DNA of 64,000 nucleotides from a plasmid: NCBI RefSeq assembly GCF_056746865.1, contig NZ_JBWKMP010000002.1; one strand, 5' to 3'. Shown piece by piece: positions 60,813 to 64,000 of this stretch (position 1 is its first letter; each line of letters starts with the position of its first letter). The notes under the pieces were generated by a model. It saw only the letters and a program-made list of their open reading frames with translations, ran no database searches and was not told where the DNA came from. The position numbers and the translations under genes were made by a program.

Positions 60813-61246
60813 GCTCTTCAGAAGGGTGCGGTAGTATGCCGTACCCTGTTACGCCATCCTCAATGTAATATGTAGAGTTGAGCATGACTTAATTATTACT
60901 TTCTCATTAAGTGGCTCTTAAATTGCAAACGGGAAAGTAATATTCCCGAGACGGGAAGGACGCCTTCCTTTTGGTTTTAATCTATGATGCTAAACCGTTT
61001 AATCACTCCGGAACAATGCCCGCGTTTAAATGGCTGGCACCAGTACATGATTTATCCATGAATGCTTTTTGATGCACTTTTACTTCAGAATGCTCTTAAT
61101 TTTTTAAACAAAATTATATTTGAATCCTTCGTGTATAAATTTGCAGACCCTCTCTCAATGTTTTTTTAAAATATTTACTCTCAGGTTATTAGCCAGTAGA
61201 TTCATTCTGTCATGATTACTCCAGAACTAACCGGAGGAATCACATT

Positions 61247-61717
61247 ATGACCAAATATTATGATCGCAGTGGAATTGAAATCTCCAGCGCAAAAATCCGC
61301 TGTGTTGATTCTGTAAAAGGTACTGCGGAATATACTTTTCGTATTCTTTGCGATAAATGCAATGGTCGGGGAGAGCGTAAGCATTTTTATAGAAGTCGCT
61401 GTATGGCTTGTAAAGCCACGGGTTACAGCCTCGAAACGACCCGCACTGCTTACACGCTGAATGCGCTGTACCGCATTAATGCTCAAGCTGCCCGCAAAGT
61501 GTCAGCATCCTTGCAAAACGAGCGTTTGAGGACTGAAAACGCCCACAACTCTGCGTTCAATGCATGGTGCAGATCTCATCAAAAAATGGTTGATGCAATC
61601 ACCCAGCAATCCAGCAGTAATAATTTTCTGGAAAGCCTTAAGTCTTCTTTAACCCACCAGCGTCAGTTAAGTGATAAGCAGCTGGCAGTCGCCGCCCGCA
61701 TTTTAGGGATTCATTAA
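61247..61717 (+). CDS. Zinc-finger-like small protein
   Basis: 156-aa ORF with the cluster CDKCNGRGERKHFYRSRCMACKATG, resembling the Cys cluster in 37848..38564. Confidence 0.45.
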   Translation: MTKYYDRSGIEISSAKIRCVDSVKGTAEYTFRILCDKCNGRGERKHFYRSRCMACKATGYSLETTRTAYTLNALYRINAQAARKVSASLQNERLRTENAHNSAFNAWCRSHQKMVDAITQQSSSNNFLESLKSSLTHQRQLSDKQLAVAARILGIH

Positions 61718-61766
61718 TTCAAAGCCCTTTTAATTTAATTTTAAGGTCAATTATTACGGAGGAACT

Positions 61767-62063
61767 ATGATCCATTCATTTAAAGACAGACGGCTTGAAA
61801 AGTTCTTCCGTAATGGAAAAACAACGGCAGGTATTCCTTCTGAAATTATTAACGCGATTCTGTGTCGACTCGAAACGCTGGATAATGTCCAGAGTGAGCG
61901 GGAGTTATTATCCAACAGCTTGCGTTATGAACGCTTAAGAATGACGTCAAACCGTTATTCCTCCATTCGAGTAAACTCTAAGTATCGATTATTCTTTGAA
62001 TGGAATGATGGCGCACATAATGTCCATTTGTCAGCACATGACTATAAATCGCTCATCCATTAA
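61767..62063 (+). CDS. higB: HigB-like (RelE/ParE superfamily) toxin
   Basis: 98-aa ORF beginning MIHSFKDRRLEKFF and ending ...SAHDYKSLIH, matching from memory the conserved N-terminal (I-x-SF-x-x-K-x-L-x-K-x-F) and C-terminal (DYH) signatures of plasmid-maintenance killer HigB toxins. Confidence 0.6.
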   Translation: MIHSFKDRRLEKFFRNGKTTAGIPSEIINAILCRLETLDNVQSERELLSNSLRYERLRMTSNRYSSIRVNSKYRLFFEWNDGAHNVHLSAHDYKSLIH

Positions 62064-62071
62064 GGTTAAAA

Positions 62072-63253
62072 ATGAAGCTATTTTCAATTTCATCCCGGGA
62101 TACAAGCATGGACGCGATGTTTTATATCCAGGCCAGTACTAAACAACAGGCAAGTTACATATTTAGTACCCTTTCCCCGAAGCCTACTGCGAACTGCCAG
62201 CTTACAGATTTGCAGAATGAGACGGTCGTCCCTTCCATAAGCCCTATTTCGCTTTCACTTAACCCCTGGTCGATCAATTCCCAGTCCCGAACCCGGGAAT
62301 TGAGTATGGCCACGCATGGTCTTAACCTGATCTGTGCAGTCACGGATGAGCATACCCGTCAGATAGTAGACTTTTGCGATAACCTTGGACAGCAGCTTAA
62401 GGATCCGGACGACAAAAGCGCCTGGGTTAAGCTCATTAATTCTGAATGCGCATTGCTTAATTCTCCGCGTTTATATCCCGTTCTGCTGGAGCCGGAGACA
62501 CCGGCACAATTTGAAATCTTTGTGCCAGCTCCGGAAGATGGCGATCACGACACGGTTATAGCCAGCGTTGTTGAAGAATGTTTCGGAGATGAATGCCGGT
62601 ACAGAGCAACGGACAAAGCTTTTGCAATGTCGGAAAAGCCAATCATCAGGCTGGAAGCACATTTCAATGACAAACGGGAAAAGGTTTTAGAACTGACCTT
62701 TTCCAGTTTCAACCTTTCACTTTCTGCGTCCGTGTATGAACACCAGCTACGTCAGATTTTATTACTTTGCGAAGATTTTGGCGTAAGGCTTCAGGGTAGA
62801 GCCGGGGCATCCTGCCACATCAATATGCGCAGCGCTTACCGTCGTCTTGCACATGTCGGCACCGGCTCTCGCCCAGGTGATGGGAGTGATGTGCGGGGCT
62901 ATACCTCATCTAAAGAGCAAAAAGATGTTAAGGGGCTGCTCGATAAGTCAACCAGGGGAAGTGAGCTTGTACCGGCGAGGCACGGGCAGCAGTTTAACGG
63001 TGTCTTAGTGAATGCCACACCCGCACCGGCCACGACGGGTTTTATATACCTGTCGCATGATTTTCCGGAAGGCCAGTTTATGATGACAGCCGAGGTGTTG
63101 CATGTTGGAATAACACCGGGCGGGATCTACTACATTGAAACACTGGACGGATACCGGTTTATCGTTACAGCGTTTGAAAAGGGATTAATGAACGGTTTAA
63201 GGGAGTTTTTGGCTGTAAATGAGGACTACTTTAAGTATTACCGCTGGTCTTAG
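62072..63253 (+). CDS. Hypothetical 393-aa protein immediately downstream of the HigB-like gene (atypical partner)
   Basis: Start lies 8 bp after the higB-like stop; no evident helix-turn-helix; much larger than canonical HigA antitoxins. Confidence 0.4.
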   Translation: MKLFSISSRDTSMDAMFYIQASTKQQASYIFSTLSPKPTANCQLTDLQNETVVPSISPISLSLNPWSINSQSRTRELSMATHGLNLICAVTDEHTRQIVDFCDNLGQQLKDPDDKSAWVKLINSECALLNSPRLYPVLLEPETPAQFEIFVPAPEDGDHDTVIASVVEECFGDECRYRATDKAFAMSEKPIIRLEAHFNDKREKVLELTFSSFNLSLSASVYEHQLRQILLLCEDFGVRLQGRAGASCHINMRSAYRRLAHVGTGSRPGDGSDVRGYTSSKEQKDVKGLLDKSTRGSELVPARHGQQFNGVLVNATPAPATTGFIYLSHDFPEGQFMMTAEVLHVGITPGGIYYIETLDGYRFIVTAFEKGLMNGLREFLAVNEDYFKYYRWS

Positions 63254-63659
63254 CGTCTGACCTGAAACCGGTAGGCCAGGGAAGGCAACCGGGAAAATGC
63301 AATTTAACCTGATCCTCTCCCTACCACTACCTTTACCCACGTATAATAGCCCGACCAAATTATAATGCCCGATCACCGCATTGGCTGAAACCACACATAT
63401 TCTTCTTAGGCCTCGCCTGATGAACTTCGACCACAAGACAAAGGAACGTAACTAATAAATAAAATTTATGAGCTGCACAAAAGTTACTTTTCCATAATGG
63501 CGCTTCACTTACATTGTGGTTTCATAATCATTGTTGGTATTTAAAAAGGATGTGTTCAATCTTAAATAAAAGGCGGTGTTTTTTTCTGAAAATTTGCTGG
63601 GAGGTTATTAGCTGGGGGTTGGGTAACAGTATAATAAGTACAGATGAAAAGGAGGTTTT

Positions 63660-64000
63660 ATGAAAACGTTAGACGTGATTTCAACTCAACTCAACTTTAA
63701 TAATCTGCTGAATCAGGCAGGATATAATCTTTCAGAAATTGTTGTTAAACGCTACAGCGCTGCACCCGCCTTTAACGAAGGGCACTGGTTGTTCATTGCA
63801 GAGCAGGATAATCGCTACATTGAAGTGGTCAGTCTTCTTTCAAAGGCATCAGAAAGCGGAGAGCAGCATGTCGATATCTTTATCAATATGTTCGAAGATC
63901 CGATTGATGACATTATCTCCCGAAACATTGAACCCAAAACATTTGCGACACTTTATAAATACATTGAACGTATACCTTTTACACCGGACGTAAAAAAAGA
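63660..64000 (+). CDS. Hypothetical protein, 3'-truncated by the window edge
   Basis: ATG at 63660 preceded by a GGAGG ribosome-binding site; the frame stays open to the end of the window. Confidence 0.4.
   Translation, partial: MKTLDVISTQLNFNNLLNQAGYNLSEIVVKRYSAAPAFNEGHWLFIAEQDNRYIEVVSLLSKASESGEQHVDIFINMFEDPIDDIISRNIEPKTFATLYKYIERIPFTPDVKK

Noticed and set aside
1-64000. Looked for insertion sequences, transposases, integrases or integron features that could mark accessory cargo
   Set aside because: No ORF showed a recognisable transposase DDE or integrase tyrosine-recombinase signature, and no obvious terminal inverted repeats bracket the methyltransferase or paralog genes; the duplications appear old and diverged rather than IS-mediated.

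Overview
This window looks like part of the backbone of a large enterobacterial conjugative plasmid, resembling the IncHI-type Tra2 transfer region. On the minus strand two F-like mating-pair-formation gene blocks (traN-traU-traW-traF peptidase, and traA pilin through traC) bracket a 1434-aa secreted beta-rich protein, an actin-type parM/parR partition module, a Walker-type parA with an apparently fragmented parB, and a ~3 kb higher-order tandem repeat array. Downstream are two iteron-flanked Rep_3-type replicons (one rep gene frameshifted), three paralogous ~810-aa secreted proteins, two paralogous ParB-like proteins, an orphan Dam methylase, a duplicated 'unknown protein + small NPPF methyltransferase' module, and a HigB-like toxin with an atypical partner. 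No transposase, integrase, CRISPR array, rRNA or tRNA was recognised. The most interesting unexplained signals are a recurring near-palindromic AAAAGTTACTTTT motif, the large repeat array upstream of parA, the phosphoesterase/exported-protein operon between the two par modules, and the paralogous secreted-protein family flanking a replicon. All functional calls rest on motifs read from the translations and on gene order; no database search was run.
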